63,499 bases of DNA, filler included, from Octopus bimaculoides (GCF_001194135.2; 5 parts of 5 records of this genome joined end to end with filler, not necessarily neighbours in it), one strand, 5' to 3'; positions 14,546 through 28,961 are shown, numbered from the whole stretch's first letter. Numbers and translations are program-made. Notes: generated by a model from the sequence alone, not told the origin.

Positions 14546-15679
14546 TCAAACTTAACTTGTACTCAATGAGCTCAAAATATATCCGCCAGTTGTTTGGCGG
14601 GAAAATGCATGTGTGGTATATGTGTGTGTGTGTATGTGTGTACTCTATGTGTATGTGTGTGTACTCTATGTGTATGTGCGTGTACGTGTGTGTGTGTAAT
14701 ATCCTTCTACAAGTGCGTGAGTTGTTGAATGTTTCAGAGTGTGTGTGCGTGTGTGTATGTCTGCATGATTATGTGTGTGAGAGTGTGCATATATGTTCAT
14801 GTGTGTTGCTGCGTATGAATGAGGCCCTATGTGTATGTATGGCGTTGTTTGTGCTCTTTTGTGCATATATGACTGTGGAGGGAGGCTGTGTGCGTGCGTG
14901 TATGAGTATGTGAGTGTGTATGTTTATTTCTAATTGTGATTTTCTATGTATGTTTCTGTTCGCGCGGTGTGTATGCGTTTGAATGCTTGCCTGTGTAAGT
15001 GCGAAGGTCCGTAAGTGTACATTTGAGAATGTATGTAGATAAGTGTGAAATTGTGAATGTATATAACTATATATGTGAGTGTGTGTGTGTGTGTGTGTAT
15101 GGCAGAGGGAGAGGAAGGAGGGAAAGAAACTCGAGATGGGAGAGAGAGAGAGAGAGAAGGAGGAAATAGAGAGAGACGGAGGCAATAAAGAGGGGAGAGA
15201 AAGAGGATATAGAGAGGGGTTAGAGAAAGTGTTTCTGCGTGTGTGTGTTTGTGTGTGTGTGTGAGAGAGAGAGAGAGTGTGTGTGTGTGTGTGTGAGAGA
15301 GAGAGTGTGTGTGTGTGTGTGAGAGAGAGAGTGTGTGTGTGTGTGTGCTGCCTTTGTAAGTTGTATATCGTAGAAAACAATCAGACACAAAGTCAAACTC
15401 ATTCAACGAGAAGTGTAGAAGCACAAGTGTGAAGCAGGTTAAACAAGGTAGCTTGGCGCGCCCAAGAAAAACAAAAAAAAACAACAATATCAGCAGTAGC
15501 AACAGTGGCAGCAGTAGCCGCAGTAGCAGCAGCAGCAGCAGCAGCAGCAGCAAGTATAATAGTAACAAAAAAACCTGATAAAACGCAACAAGAAAACTAA
15601 GAAGCCGGTGTGTGTGAGGTCAAACCTAGCGGCAGGTGGCAGGCGAACTTCCAATTTCTTTTGTTCTAATACATTAAAT

Positions 15680-15712
<33 letters not shown>

Positions 15713-17084
15713 CGTACATATATACATACATTATATATAGATGTATATAGGTTAGTTATATTTATTTTTCAGCTGTTTATTTTATTTATTGTATTTATTT
15801 CTTGCTTTGGCCCCGAGCCATGCATTTTAAAGGAGAAGCTCAGAGTTGAATAACGTCGATACATTCATTCCGACTCACTGCTCTCTGATTTTAAATATCG
15901 CAAAGGTTAACGTCTACCTATACACCTTCCGAGGTCAGTTAATAAATTCACCTGATCAGAGTTTTGATCGATTTGGTGGAAAGGTTGTGTGTCTTCTTTT
16001 TTTATTTCTTATAGGAGTTCAAATTGCACGTAGGCAGACCAACGATAATCACTTAGCTCACTCGATTAACTCATTGGACAGGGTGACCCAAAAGCAGTAT
16101 AGATTAGCCGGCAACAGCATGAAGAGGGTATTATTCTGTATCGAATAGGCAACAGCTGAATGTCACGATATTGATTATATCGATTTATGACATACGAACG
16201 AGAAAGTCACAAATTTGCTTGAGGCGGTTTGGCTCAGGAGAATGTTCAGTGCCGAGTGCTTACCTTACGTTTTTTGTGTGCCCTAAAATAAAATGCCAAA
16301 TCACAACGCCATCGCAATTTGAATTAATATTCAATGCAGAGCTAACACCAGAGCAGTATTTTCCGTTCTGTCAATCGAAATTTTTTGTTTTGTCTTATAA
16401 ATATTTCGTTTTTAACATAAGCCAATGTTAAAAGGATATGTCAGTACAATTTTTTTTTACATGTTTCCGCCAATAGACTCTGGCCATATTGGGGCATCGC
16501 CTTGAAGAATTGCCATTTGCAAGAAATGGCCCCCAGTGCTTATTCATTTTCAGGCTAAGTACTAACTCCATCGATCTATTCAACGAACCGCTAAGTGATG
16601 GGTATATAAACACTCAAACACCCGTTGCTAAGCTGTGGTGGGGGACAAACACAGACACAAAGACACACACACACACGTGCATATATATATATATATATAT
16701 TATATATGTAGTCATGGCCAATGATTTTGGCAAACACCGTTTTTTTTTTGCTATTTCGTGCGAAATATCATGTGAATGTTAATGATTTAATATTATTTTA
16801 ACATGTTATCTGTTATCCAATAAGATTCGAACGAAAATCTCTTGAAATCCAATAGATATTGCAAATAATCATCAGTTTGCGGAATTGGTTATATTTCCTA
16901 CAAGTGGGAATCACATTCCTCTTCATGATTTCATGTTGGAATCGCATGCAAACTGATCATTTATAACCAGAACATTAAGAATAATTCTGTAAGATATCGT
17001 GATTGATTTTTTGATTGATTTTTTAAATTAATGATTGCTCTTTTCCCTCACAAAGACTTGAAATTTTCTTTTCTTTTATTGCAG

Positions 17085-17153
17085 GGATGGCATTGGCACA
17101 AGGAAAAACGTCAGTCAACAATTTCCTTCCACCAAAACGGCCTAAAAACACAG
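17085..17153 (+). other. Candidate 69-nt symmetric exon
   Basis: Strong acceptor ttttcttttcttttattgcag, donor CAG|GTTATT, length divisible by 3. Open as (G)MALAQGKTSVNNFLPPKRPKNT or GWHWHKEKRQSTISFHQNGLKTQ. Confidence 0.3.
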
Positions 17154-18044
17154 GTTATTGTTGCGAAAGGCATTGCATCTAGAGGTTGAAATTTCTCGTA
17201 CAGCAAGAATTGTGGTCTGTAAAACATACAACTGAGTCGATTATTGGTTTCCAGCATGCCTAAACGAATCATGGACGCCTCGAAAAAAGAGGGGCCGACA
17301 CTGCAAATGCTGAAAGAAAGATAAATAACTGTGTATCGCACCTTATTATTGCTCATACAGTTTAAGTGTGTACTTATTGTTCGTTAATATGCTCGTTTCT
17401 TTCAGTTTCCGTCTACCAAATACACTCACAAGGCTTTGGTTGGCCTAAGGCTATAGAAGAGGACACTTGCCCAAAGTGCCACGCCGTGAGACACACACAC
17501 ACACACACATCGTTGCTATTATGCTAAAGTATCGAAAGTCCAAAACGTTGCTTTTCCAGAAAACGAAAAAAATTATTTTACCAGTGAAGCACTGGGGCTG
17601 ATGTGATCGACTAGTCCCCTATTCCCCAAGATTTCAGGCCTTGTGCCTTATGCAAAAACGATTATTGTTATTATTATGACGAAAGCTGGCAGAACCGTTG
17701 GCAGTCCGGATGAGATGCTTAGTGGTATATAATCCATCTTCAAATTCCGTCAATATTGACTTTGCCCTTAATCTTTTCAGAATCAATAAAAGGAGTACCA
17801 GTGGCAGAAAACTATTAGTATTATGACTAATGTCGCTTGTTTTGTGCTTATTTCTATTTTGTATCACCAGGTGCACCTTTGTGTTGTTCGCATTGTTGCA
17901 GCAGTGTGTGTGTGCAGTTACGCTTTATTGTTGCATATATCCTGCTTTGTATTGACTGTTTTGTTACGTGCGATGATGATGATGATGACGATGACGTAGA
18001 AGGAGTTGAATGAAAATACTAAACGGCAGAGGGAAGGGAGGAAG

Positions 18045-18886
<842 letters not shown>

Positions 18887-18961
18887 TACAAGTACATACA
18901 CAAACTCACTTACATAGACGCACACGAATGTATATGCATATATGTATGTGTGTCTGAGTGT

Positions 18962-19180
18962 TTGTATTTGCTTGATTCCCAACCGCATGGTTCCGGGTTC
19001 AGTCACATGATGTGGCACCTTGGGCAACTGTATTCTGCTATAGCCTAGGGCCGACCAAAGCCTTGTGAGTGGATTTGTTAGACAGAAACTGAAAGAAGCC
19101 TCGTGGAGCTTTAGGTGTTTTCGCTCAATAAACACTCACAACGCCCGGTCCGGGAATCGAAACCGCGATCCTATGACCGC
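18962..19180. mobile_element. SINE family A head (+) abutting a second tRNA-SINE fragment (-)
   Basis: ccaaccgcatggttccgggttcagtc...gaaactgaaagaagcc is followed by gagctttaggtgttttcgctcaataaacactcacaacgcccgg, which recurs at ~36066-36175. Confidence 0.75.
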
Positions 19181-19449
19181 GACAGATAACCATTGAAAAA
19201 AAAAAAAAAAAGAACCAAGAAAAGAAATCAATCAAGCAGTCAACCGCCACACCGCCCGCCTCCTAAACCTCCTCTTGATCTGGGACATCTGTTTTGGTTC
19301 CCACATTAAACTTTCATTCAAAAACAATGATATCACCGAAGGAATATGAATTATTCCCGCGCCTTGCATTTTCCTTCTCTTTTTGTTTCTTTCTTCGATC
19401 GTTACATTGTTTCTTTCTTTACCTCTTTTCTCATTCATCCGTTCGTTTA

Positions 19450-19486
<37 letters not shown>

Positions 19487-19648
19487 CCTATCTATCTATC
19501 TATCTATGTCTCTGTGTGTCTCTATTAATTATCTATATTTTCTATATATCTATGTGTGAATGTCTGTGTGCGTATGTATGTGTGTCTATGCGTATAGGTA
19601 TGTGTGTGTGTGTACATGTATATAATATCTTTTATTCTTTTATCATTT

Positions 19649-19842
19649 TACTTGTTTCAGTCGTTTGACTGTGGCCATGCTGGGGCACCGCCTTTTGTCG
19701 AAGAAATCGACCCGAGGACTTATTCTTTGTAAGCCTAGTACTTATTCTATCGGTCCTTTTGCCGAAGCACTAAGTTAGGGGGACAGAAACACACCAGCAT
19801 CGGTTGTCGAGCGAGGGCGGTGGGACAAACACAGACACACAG
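19649..19842 (-). mobile_element. SINE family A tail
   Basis: tacttgtttcagtcgtttgactgtggccatgctggggcaccgcc...ggttgtcgagcg is near-identical to 41112-41290. Confidence 0.85.
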
Positions 19843-20825
19843 GTATATCGTGCAATAGTGCATGTGCGCGTGTATATATGTGTATATACATAAATAAATA
19901 AATATATATATATATATANNNNNNNNNNNNNNNNNNNNNNNNNNNNNNNNNNNNNNNNNNNNNNNNNNNNNNNNNNNNNNNNNNNNNNNNNNNNNNNNNN
20001 NNNNNNNNNNNNNNNNNNNNNNNNNNNNNNNNNNNNNNNNNNNNNNNNNNNNNNNNNNNNNNNNNNNNNNNNNNNNNNNNNNNNNNNNNNNNNNNNNNNN
20101 NNNNNNNNNNNNNNNNNNNNNNNNNNNNNNNNNNNNNNNNNNNNNNNNNNNNNNNNNNNNNNNNNNNNNNNNNNNNNNNNNNNNNNNNNNNNNNNNNNNN
20201 NNNNNNNNNNNNNNNNNNNNNNNNNNNNNNNNNNNNNNNNNNNNNNNNNNNNNNNNNNNNNNNNNNNNNNNNNNNNNNNNNNNNNNNNNNNNNNNNNNNN
20301 NNNNNNNNNNNNNNNNNNNNNNNNNNNNNNNNNNNNNNNNNNNNNNNNNNNNNNNNNNNNNNNNNNNNNNNNNNNNNNNNNNNNNNNNNNNNNNNNNNNN
20401 NNNNNNNNNNNNNNNNNNNNNNNNNNNNNNNNNNNNNNNNNNNNNNNNNNNNNNNNNNNNNNNNNNNNNNNNNNNNNNNNNNNNNNNNNNNNNNNNNNNN
20501 NNNNNNNNNNNNNNNNNNNNNNNNNNNNNNNNNNNNNNNNNNNNNNNNNNNNNNNNNNNNNNNNNNNNNNNNNNNNNNNNNNNNNNNNNNNNNNNNNNNN
20601 NNNNNNNNNNNNNNNNNNNNNNNNNNNNNNNNNNNNNNNNNNNNNNNNNNNNNNNNNNNNNNNNNNNNNNNNNNNNNNNNNNNNNNNNNNNNNNNNNNNN
20701 NNNNNNNNNNNNNNNNNNNNNNNNNNNNNNNNNNNNNNNNNNNNNNNNNNNNNNNNNNNNNNNNNNNNNNNNNNNNNNNNNNNNNNNNNNNNNNNNNNNN
20801 NNNNNNNNNNNNNNNNNNNNNNNNN

Positions 20826-20872
<47 letters not shown>

Positions 20873-22813
20873 TATATATGCCATACATTTGTGAGTGAAT
20901 TTGGTTGACGGAAACTGAAAGAATCTCGTCCTGTGTGTGTGTTTGTGCGCGTGTGCGTAGGCATATGTGTCGGTGTGTCTTTCTGTTTCTGTTCTCTCAC
21001 ACACTTAATATGTGTACATATACGTACATATACTAATTGTAATGTATACTCAGGGACACACAAATATATGCACACGCGTATACTGGTATACCTTTGCAAT
21101 ATTCATAGAACGATGTTGTATATATGACTCTGTGTGTGAGAATGCGTGGCTTGGTGGTGCATACTGGTGCGTGCCTATATAAGTATGTAATGATATCCGT
21201 CGATACACATCTTGTATATAGCATATATATCGTCTGCAACAGGTTTCGAGAAGGGAATTCAATTTGCTGAAAACCTGTCTAAACAGGAAAATTCCCTGTT
21301 GAAATATTCAAAGAGACATCTCGGTTACCTGCTGCACTACTCACTTGAAACAGAGTCTAACAACGGTGTGTGTGTGTGTGTGTGTGTGTGTGTTTACACA
21401 CACGCACTCACACTTACACAAGCACACACATACTCACACGTATATATTCTGATATCTGTTTATGCTTTATAGTTCGTGTGTGTGTTTCACAGCTGGTGTG
21501 GGTTTGTTTTCGGTCCCATATTATACCAGATCTGCCTAAAGGGAAATGTAATAATTAGCAGGAAAAAAAAAAGGTTCTAGAAGGGTCAAGTGGTTCATCT
21601 AATTCTAAATAGCTTTGCTCCACCCTGCCCGCAGCCCAATGATTGTAACAAGCTAAAGAATAAAGACGTAGTGATATCATACATATGATGTTAGTCAACA
21701 GACACATGAAGAATTTTTATTCGAGAACAGAAGTTGGAGCTTAAACTAAACAAAAATACGCCGCTGAAGAAGGCGCCGTTTTCACATTGTATTTATTGTA
21801 TCACTTTTGACTGGAATGACATTTCGAATTGCAAAGGACTTGTTTTCTTCTTAAATAAACACTTCTTAGATTGACGCATCGTCTTAGAAAGGCACTTAAT
21901 AGAACCGTTCGCCTTTTTCAAGAGTGTTGCAGCTGTGTTGAGTGAAATATATTTATGCATCATGATGTTTTTCCAGTGCCTGGTAAGGCCTTTGAAGCTA
22001 AGGAAAACATGCTGCAGCAGAAGGAATGGGGTAGTGGAAGTCAACGAATGCTGGGAAGACATAAGCAGAGAATTCTAGAAGACGTTGAAGGAACGGAGCC
22101 TAAGATGGGGTTGACACAATAATTAGGAGTTAATGGAGAACTCTTGAGGAGAAAAAAAACTAAGGTGACCCCGGCCAACGCCGATTAACAAAGGCCATCA
22201 TAAAAGCGATAGAAAAAGCAGAGATATAAGATAGACATCAGATCCGACATAAAACTATTTACTTAAACCTTTTGTAGCTAAATATATTTCCGGATTTCTA
22301 TGGTGTCGAGAATAATGCGAGAGCATTCAGCACTTTTGTAAAATCCACGAATGGAAATCCAATTTGCAACACCATGGAAAATAACCCGATAGGATATTAA
22401 TACCGAACATATAATTCTTCATTGCGATTGTTTGTAGTTCAAGATTATATTTAGCATCTTGGAGAACTCTGAGAATACTTGCACTGTTTGAATATTTTAT
22501 ACGCTTCTTCAAACAAATTCGCCAATCGACTGTGTACATATGTAATGCATACCAAATGATTTGGTTTTACAATTTGTCTTAAAGTTTTCAGTATCGTATA
22601 GAATATGACAGGGTATTTTATGCAGTACCCTAGTTTCACAAAGCGGTGCCAATAAATATGCACTATATATACACAGTCATACATCTATGTGTGTAGAAGT
22701 TTTACATACATATGCATTATATGTATACATGTATGTATATACAATAAAGACATTTATTCAACTACGTACTATATAATGTATTATTCTACACATGTGTATG
22801 AATATAAGTATAA

Positions 22814-22850
<37 letters not shown>

Positions 22851-23235
22851 TATCAGTATAAGCACATCCTCAGACACACACACATACACACGCATGCCAC
22901 ACATATCAATAACAGTCACGATTGCATCTCGGGAAGAAAAATTACAAAACAGAAAACAAAAACAACAGCAAAAAAAAAAGTAGAAACTGAATGTAAACGT
23001 GAAGATAAACAAAATGCGAAAGATTTGGTAATTTATCGCCGCAATAACCCTAACCATAACCGAAATGATGACAATAAACCATCGTCATCGTCATCACCAT
23101 AATCATAATTCATAAGTGCTTACATAAATTCTTATCACGCTTCGGCAAGTTCCTTTACTGGAAATATTTTATCGATAATATTCAAATGAACATCCACTCA
23201 CTCTCTGTCTCTCTCTCTCACTAAATCTCTTTCTT

Positions 23236-23271
<36 letters not shown>

Positions 23272-23564
23272 TATCTCACTCCATATCTCAACTAGTTTTT
23301 TAGTCTTTTACTCATCTTCACTCTCGTTTTATTTTTTCTTTGTAAGTCTATCTTAGCTGTTTGTTTGTGTGTGTCTTTTGGCGCACGCACTCACACGCAC
23401 ACACACATACACATACACACACACACAAGCATTTATACATATATTCTGCGTATATTTATATATAAATATATGTAAGGATATATGTCTGCCTATATATGAA
23501 TGTATATGTATACATATATACATACATATATGTATATATATATATATATATGTATATATATTAG

Positions 23565-23607
<43 letters not shown>

Positions 23608-23707
23608 NNNNNNNNNNNNNNNNNNNNNNNNNNNNNNNNNNNNNNNNNNNNTTAATTAATTAANNNNNNNNNNNNNNNNNNNNNNNNNNNNNNNNNNNNN
23701 NNNNNNN
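23608..23707. other. Artificial 100-bp scaffold spacer (44N-TTAATTAATTAA-44N)
   Basis: Self-complementary six-frame stop linker at 23652-23663, centred in Ns. Confidence 0.95.
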
Positions 23708-24544
23708 TGTGGTGATGATAGCAGAGGAAGGGGGATGGCGGGAAGGGGAGGGGGAAGCTATTGTCTTACTTCATAGTTGGGAGTGGTGGATAGAAGGGTG
23801 TGCTGATGGGGTGGGCAGGTGAGATTATGGCTTTACATCATGGCAGGGAGGGGTGTTAGGGGGTAAGTGGATTGAAAGTGGTGGTGGTGGTAAAGAAGTT
23901 GTCATATTTGTTGCTGTTGTTGTTTAACCCCAAGTCAATCTCCATCAAGAAGACCAATATATATAACCATAGATGTTCCAATCATGACCATCTCATTTAT
24001 TATTGTTCTTAACTTATGTGCAAGGGCACCATGGCCACATTATTCAGTGTATCCTCAATCTTGTGTGTGTGTGCGTGTGTGACAGTAGAGTGTGCGCTGT
24101 AGGGGATTTGGCTGCTATTTCTGGCACATCTGGCGACCATATGAAGGGTTCCCCCCACCCTCCGCATTAGTTTGACTTCATAGTAGGAGTGGTAAGTGAA
24201 GGTAGTAGGGGGAGGAGGAGGAGTTTTAGTTCAGAGATGTGGGTGGGAGGAGCTGGTGCTACACACACAGACAGATGGAAGAAAGGGAGCAGTGGGAGGA
24301 GGGCGCAGGTGAAGGAGGAGGTGTGTGTTCTAGCTGTAAGTTTCCTTTAACATGTTTCAGCTATCAGACCACGGTCATGCTGGGGCACTGCCGAGAAGAA
24401 TTCCTAATTGAATGAATTTTTGAAAAACCTGGTACTCATTCTATCAGTTTCTTTTAGCCAAATTGCTAAGTCATAGGGACATAAACATACCAACACTGGT
24501 TGTCCACACATACACACACACACACACATATATATATGTACAAA

Positions 24545-24674
24545 GATTGCTTCCCAACCACATGGTTCCAGGTTCAGTCCCACTGCGTGACACCTTGGGC
24601 AAGTGTCTTCTACTGTAACCTCAGGCCAACCAAAGCTTTATGAGAGGATTTGGTAGACAGAAACTGAAAGAAGC

Positions 24675-24718
<44 letters not shown>

Positions 24719-24812
24719 CATGTATTTGTGTCCGTGTTCGTCCCCCACCATCGCTTGAAACCAATGTTGGTGTGTTTATGTCCCTGTCACTTAGCAGTTT
24801 GGCAAAATAAGA
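24545..24812 (+). mobile_element. SINE family A, 5'- and 3'-truncated, with internal (TA)n
   Basis: ccaaccacatggttccaggttcagtcccactgcgtgacaccttgggcaagtgtcttctac head/core, then (TA)n, then the catcgcttgaaacc tail start. Confidence 0.85.
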
Positions 24813-24839
24813 CCAACATAAGGGAATGGGGGGGGTAGC

Positions 24840-25435
24840 TAGTCAATTACATTGACCCCAGTACTCAACTGGTACTTATTCTATCGACCCCAAAATGGTG
24901 AAAGGCAAAGTTGACCTCGGCAGGATTTGAACTCAGAGTGTAAAGACAGACAAAATGCCACTAAGCTTTTTGCCTGGCGTGCTAACAATTCTGCCAGCAA
25001 CGGTTTCAAATTTTGGCATAAGGTCATTAATTTCATGAAAGCGGGCCAGTCAATTACATCGATCCCAGTGCCCAACTGATACTTAATTTATTGACCCCAA
25101 AATGATGAAAGGCAAAGTTGACCTCGGCGGGATTTGAACTCAGAATGTCAAGAAGGACGAAATGCCACGAAGCATTTTGTCCAGTGTGCTAACGTTTCTG
25201 CCAGCTCGCTGCCTTGATAGTAATAATCCTTTCTATTAAAGGAACAAGGCCTGGAATTTGTGAAGAGGGGACTAGTCGAATACATCAACCCCAGTGTTTT
25301 TTACTGGTACTTAATTTATTGCCCACAAAAGGAAGAAATGCAAAGTTGACCTCCGCTGAATTTGAACTCGGAATGTCTTTAAGATGAACAAAATACCACC
25401 AAGCATTTTTCCCAGTGTGCTGACAATTCTGCCTT
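24840..25435 (-). mobile_element. Three tandem copies of SINE family B
   Basis: gaaaggcaaagttgacctcggc(a/g)ggatttgaactcag occurs at ~24900, ~25107 and, in variant form, ~25335. Confidence 0.85.
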
Positions 25436-25449
25436 AATAATAATAATAA

Positions 25450-25728
25450 GAAAGAAAGTTGAGAAGTACCAAGACCTAGTATTGAAGGAATATAGAAAGA
25501 ATCCACAGACCCACAAAAGTGAGTGTGGCACCTTTTCGAATCAGTACACTCAGGACCATCCCAAAGAGGGCAATGTTCTTGCAAATACCAAACATCTTAG
25601 GAAGTATTCAGACGGCAGCAATACTTGGAACAGCTCAAAGTGTGTTGAGAAAAGTGTTACATCTAAGCAGCAAGATGGAGCTTAGACATGACATAGATAA
25701 CTCAGGAGAAGTTAGGATAATTAACAAT

Positions 25729-25758
<30 letters not shown>
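25450..25758 (+). mobile_element. 3' fragment of an R4/Dong-like non-LTR retrotransposon (RLE C-terminus) with (AAT)n tail
   Basis: Degenerate RKLRSTKT/KYQDL region, then VAPFRISTLRTIPK...LQIPNILGSIQTAAILGTAQSVLRKVL, typical of the RLE-type LINE C-terminus. Flanked by (TAA)n on both sides. Confidence 0.7.
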
Positions 25759-25759
<1 letters not shown>

Positions 25760-26010
25760 GGAGGAGGAGGAAGAGACTGGGTGTGGTAACAACAATGACA
25801 TGTATAATGATTCAGTAGATAGGGGTTTGAGATGGGGAGTGACAGAATGGGAGCAGAGGGAGATGGAGAAGACCCCCCACTGATCAGGTTACAAGACAAT
25901 ATTTACAACATACAATACACCACAGACACAGACGACGACGAGTGCATAGTTGCACACAGCATACAAAAGTATAACATACCAGAATACACCACTACACACG
26001 CAAACACATC

Positions 26011-26053
<43 letters not shown>

Positions 26054-26319
26054 TACACATGCCTAAAATGACTACAGATGACTATGTGAACCAACAAAGG
26101 AGCTTATGTGGTCACTCATCCTCTAGAAATAGCAGCAAAATCTCCTTCCTGTCCCACATTAGAAGCTGAAATTGAAATACACTGAATAATGTAGTCCAAG
26201 ATACACTGTGACAGACAAAAAGACACTATGGCTATCATTGAGTATAGATTTCCAATACTCACAGGTTACTTGAATGACTCAGTAAATACTCCATCACTGA
26301 CTCAACAGCAATTCCCTTT

Positions 26320-26566
26320 GCAGGCTCCGTAATGACCCCCTTCACAGGCTCCATAATGATCCCTTCACAGGCTCCTTAATGACCCCCTTCGCAGGCTCCG
26401 TAATGACCCCCTTCGCAGGCTCCATAATGAGCCCCTTCACAGGCTCCGTAATGACCCCCTTCGCAGGCTCCGTAATGAGCCCCTTCACAGGCTCCGTAAT
26501 GACCCCCTTCGCAGGCTCCGTAATGACCCCCTTCGCAGGCTCCGTAATGACCCCCTTCGCAGGCTC
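26320..26566. repeat. 24-bp minisatellite (GGCTCCGTAATGACCCCCTTCGCA)n running into a gap
   Basis: About 10 units visible. Includes unit variants and one 23-bp unit. Confidence 0.95.
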
Positions 26567-27547
26567 NNNNNNNNNNNNNNNNNNNNNNNNNNNNNNNNNN
26601 NNNNNNNNNNNNNNNNNNNNNNNNNNNNNNNNNNNNNNNNNNNNNNNNNNNNNNNNNNNNNNNNNNNNNNNNNNNNNNNNNNNNNNNNNNNNNNNNNNNN
26701 NNNNNNNNNNNNNNNNNNNNNNNNNNNNNNNNNNNNNNNNNNNNNNNNNNNNNNNNNNNNNNNNNNNNNNNNNNNNNNNNNNNNNNNNNNNNNNNNNNNN
26801 NNNNNNNNNNNNNNNNNNNNNNNNNNNNNNNNNNNNNNNNNNNNNNNNNNNNNNNNNNNNNNNNNNNNNNNNNNNNNNNNNNNNNNNNNNNNNNNNNNNN
26901 NNNNNNNNNNNNNNNNNNNNNNNNNNNNNNNNNNNNNNNNNNNNNNNNNNNNNNNNNNNNNNNNNNNNNNNNNNNNNNNNNNNNNNNNNNNNNNNNNNNN
27001 NNNNNNNNNNNNNNNNNNNNNNNNNNNNNNNNNNNNNNNNNNNNNNNNNNNNNNNNNNNNNNNNNNNNNNNNNNNNNNNNNNNNNNNNNNNNNNNNNNNN
27101 NNNNNNNNNNNNNNNNNNNNNNNNNNNNNNNNNNNNNNNNNNNNNNNNNNNNNNNNNNNNNNNNNCATATAGAAACATACTAACTTCATTCTACCCCCCC
27201 ACCATCTACTACCCTTAATACGCAACACATATGCTCTCCCTTTCAGCCCTATCTACATCCCTAAATCTATTCTAGGGTCTTGTATACTTCCACACATGCA
27301 CCACCACCTTCAGCCCCTAATTTCATACTAAATCTTATAAACCACCCTTAATACATCCACACATGCTCCCACCCCCTTCCTCCTTCTCTCCCTTCATTCC
27401 TCTCCTTTTCTCCCAAAGTACCAATGGCTGGCACTTAATTTTATAGACCCCTGAAAAGATTAACAGTGATCCTTTCTAAAATGGGAAAGGGACCAGTTGA
27501 CTGGTCCTTTATTTTCTCAACCACAGAAGAATGAAAGCGATTAAAAC

Positions 27548-27770
27548 TTAATAATAATCCTTTTTACTAAAGGCACAAGGCCTGAAGTATCAGGGAGGGG
27601 ACTAGTCGATTACATCAACCCCAGTGTCTCGCTGGTACTTAATTTGTTGACCCCTAGAAAGGATGAAAAGTTTGGCTTGGCAGGATTTGAACTTAGAATG
27701 TAAAGATGGATGGAATGGCTTTCGGCATTTTGCTTGGTATACAGACCATTCTGCCAGCACACCGCCTTAT
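27548..27770 (-). mobile_element. SINE family B
   Basis: ataataatcctttttactaaaggcacaaggcctg tail and ggcaggatttgaacttag core, as at 25225-25435. Confidence 0.75.
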
Positions 27771-27790
27771 TAATAATAATAATAATAATA

Positions 27791-27881
27791 CTCTAAAAGA
27801 AATGGAAAAACTTTCAAAATACAAAGACTTGGAAATAGAGGTAACTCGAATGTGGAATCTAAAAACAGAAACAATTCCTAT

Positions 27882-27884
<3 letters not shown>
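27791..27884 (+). mobile_element. Short R4/Dong-like (RLE) LINE fragment
   Basis: LKEMEKLSKYKDLEIEVTRMWNLKTETIPI, the conserved K..KY.DL..E...W segment after the RLE motif, directly after (AAT)n. Confidence 0.7.
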
Positions 27885-27915
<31 letters not shown>

Positions 27916-28190
27916 TGTCTGTGTGTTTGTAGGAGTGGAATCAAACCCACCACCCTGCACCAGACACAAACAAACATTTAATCCAAATCTTCGAGAATAT
28001 TCAATCTTAAATTCTTCAGGAATAAACATTGAGAAAAATTTAGTCCCTTCTATTTACCAAAATGCTTAGAGGGTTATTTCACAGACATCTTAAATTTTTC
28101 TCTCTCCACTCACGTGTCCAGGAAGGCTACAGAAATTCTTCACACATACCAAAATCTTGAGATATTTCTAAATATGCTTCAAACTAAAGA

Positions 28191-28227
<37 letters not shown>

Positions 28228-28429
28228 TCATATTTGTTTACCTAATTCCTAAATACCAATTCCATGTTGGTTTACTTTCCATGTAATCTTATTTATTGAA
28301 ATGGTGAAAGCAAAGAATCAACAGAAATTCTGACCATATCACATGAAACAAACCATTCTGTGAGATTCTCACAACCAGTCTAAGCACTTTGTCTTTTCTT
28401 TTCTTCTGTTTTTGTGCTGAAACCTTCTT

Positions 28430-28665
28430 GCGCCTGCAAGCACCACTGTCACTAACCAGTAGGACATTATGGTAAAATGTGTGTGTGTGTGTGTGTCATT
28501 GTTTCCAATCTTCCACGAAAACAAGTCCGGCCACGTGAAAAGTACCTTATTTGGAAACAGGTGAGGGTTGGTGACAGAAAAGGCATCCAGCCATACATAG
28601 AAAATCTGCCTCAGCAAATTCCATCTGACCCATGCAAGCATGGAAAAAAAATGGCCGTTATATAA
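28430..28665 (+). mobile_element. SINE body with an RTE-like tail
   Basis: gggttggtgacagaaaaggcatccagcc...acccatgcaagcatggaaaa is related to the reverse complement of 36270-36495. Confidence 0.6.
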
Positions 28666-28814
28666 TGAAGAATGATTTTAACGGCACCAACACCAAAATC
28701 TCAAACAGAAATTATCTCAACATCAAGACCAAAATATAGAATCTATATTACCTTGGCACCTGGTAAATCACACAAACAACTTGCATCTACAAGCTAACAA
28801 TGGAAACTGCAAGC

Positions 28815-28961
28815 CAGTTGTTCTCAACCATTTTTTACCTATGGTCCCCACCCTTTTGATCGCTATTTTCATCTAAGGACCCTCATAGCCATCTGATGCT
28901 TTAAAAAATCTCTTATGTGGACCCCACCAAGGGTCATATGAACCCTGGTTGAGAACCACTG
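28815..28961. mobile_element. hAT (Charlie-type) MITE
   Basis: TIRs cagttgttctcaacc ... ggttgagaaccactg. The 8-bp flanks ctgcaagc / ctctatgc match at 5 of 8 positions (decayed TSD). Confidence 0.7.

Noticed and set aside
24840-26566. CRISPR-like array
   Set aside because: The repeats are tandem SINE copies and a spacer-less minisatellite in eukaryotic DNA, with no cas genes.
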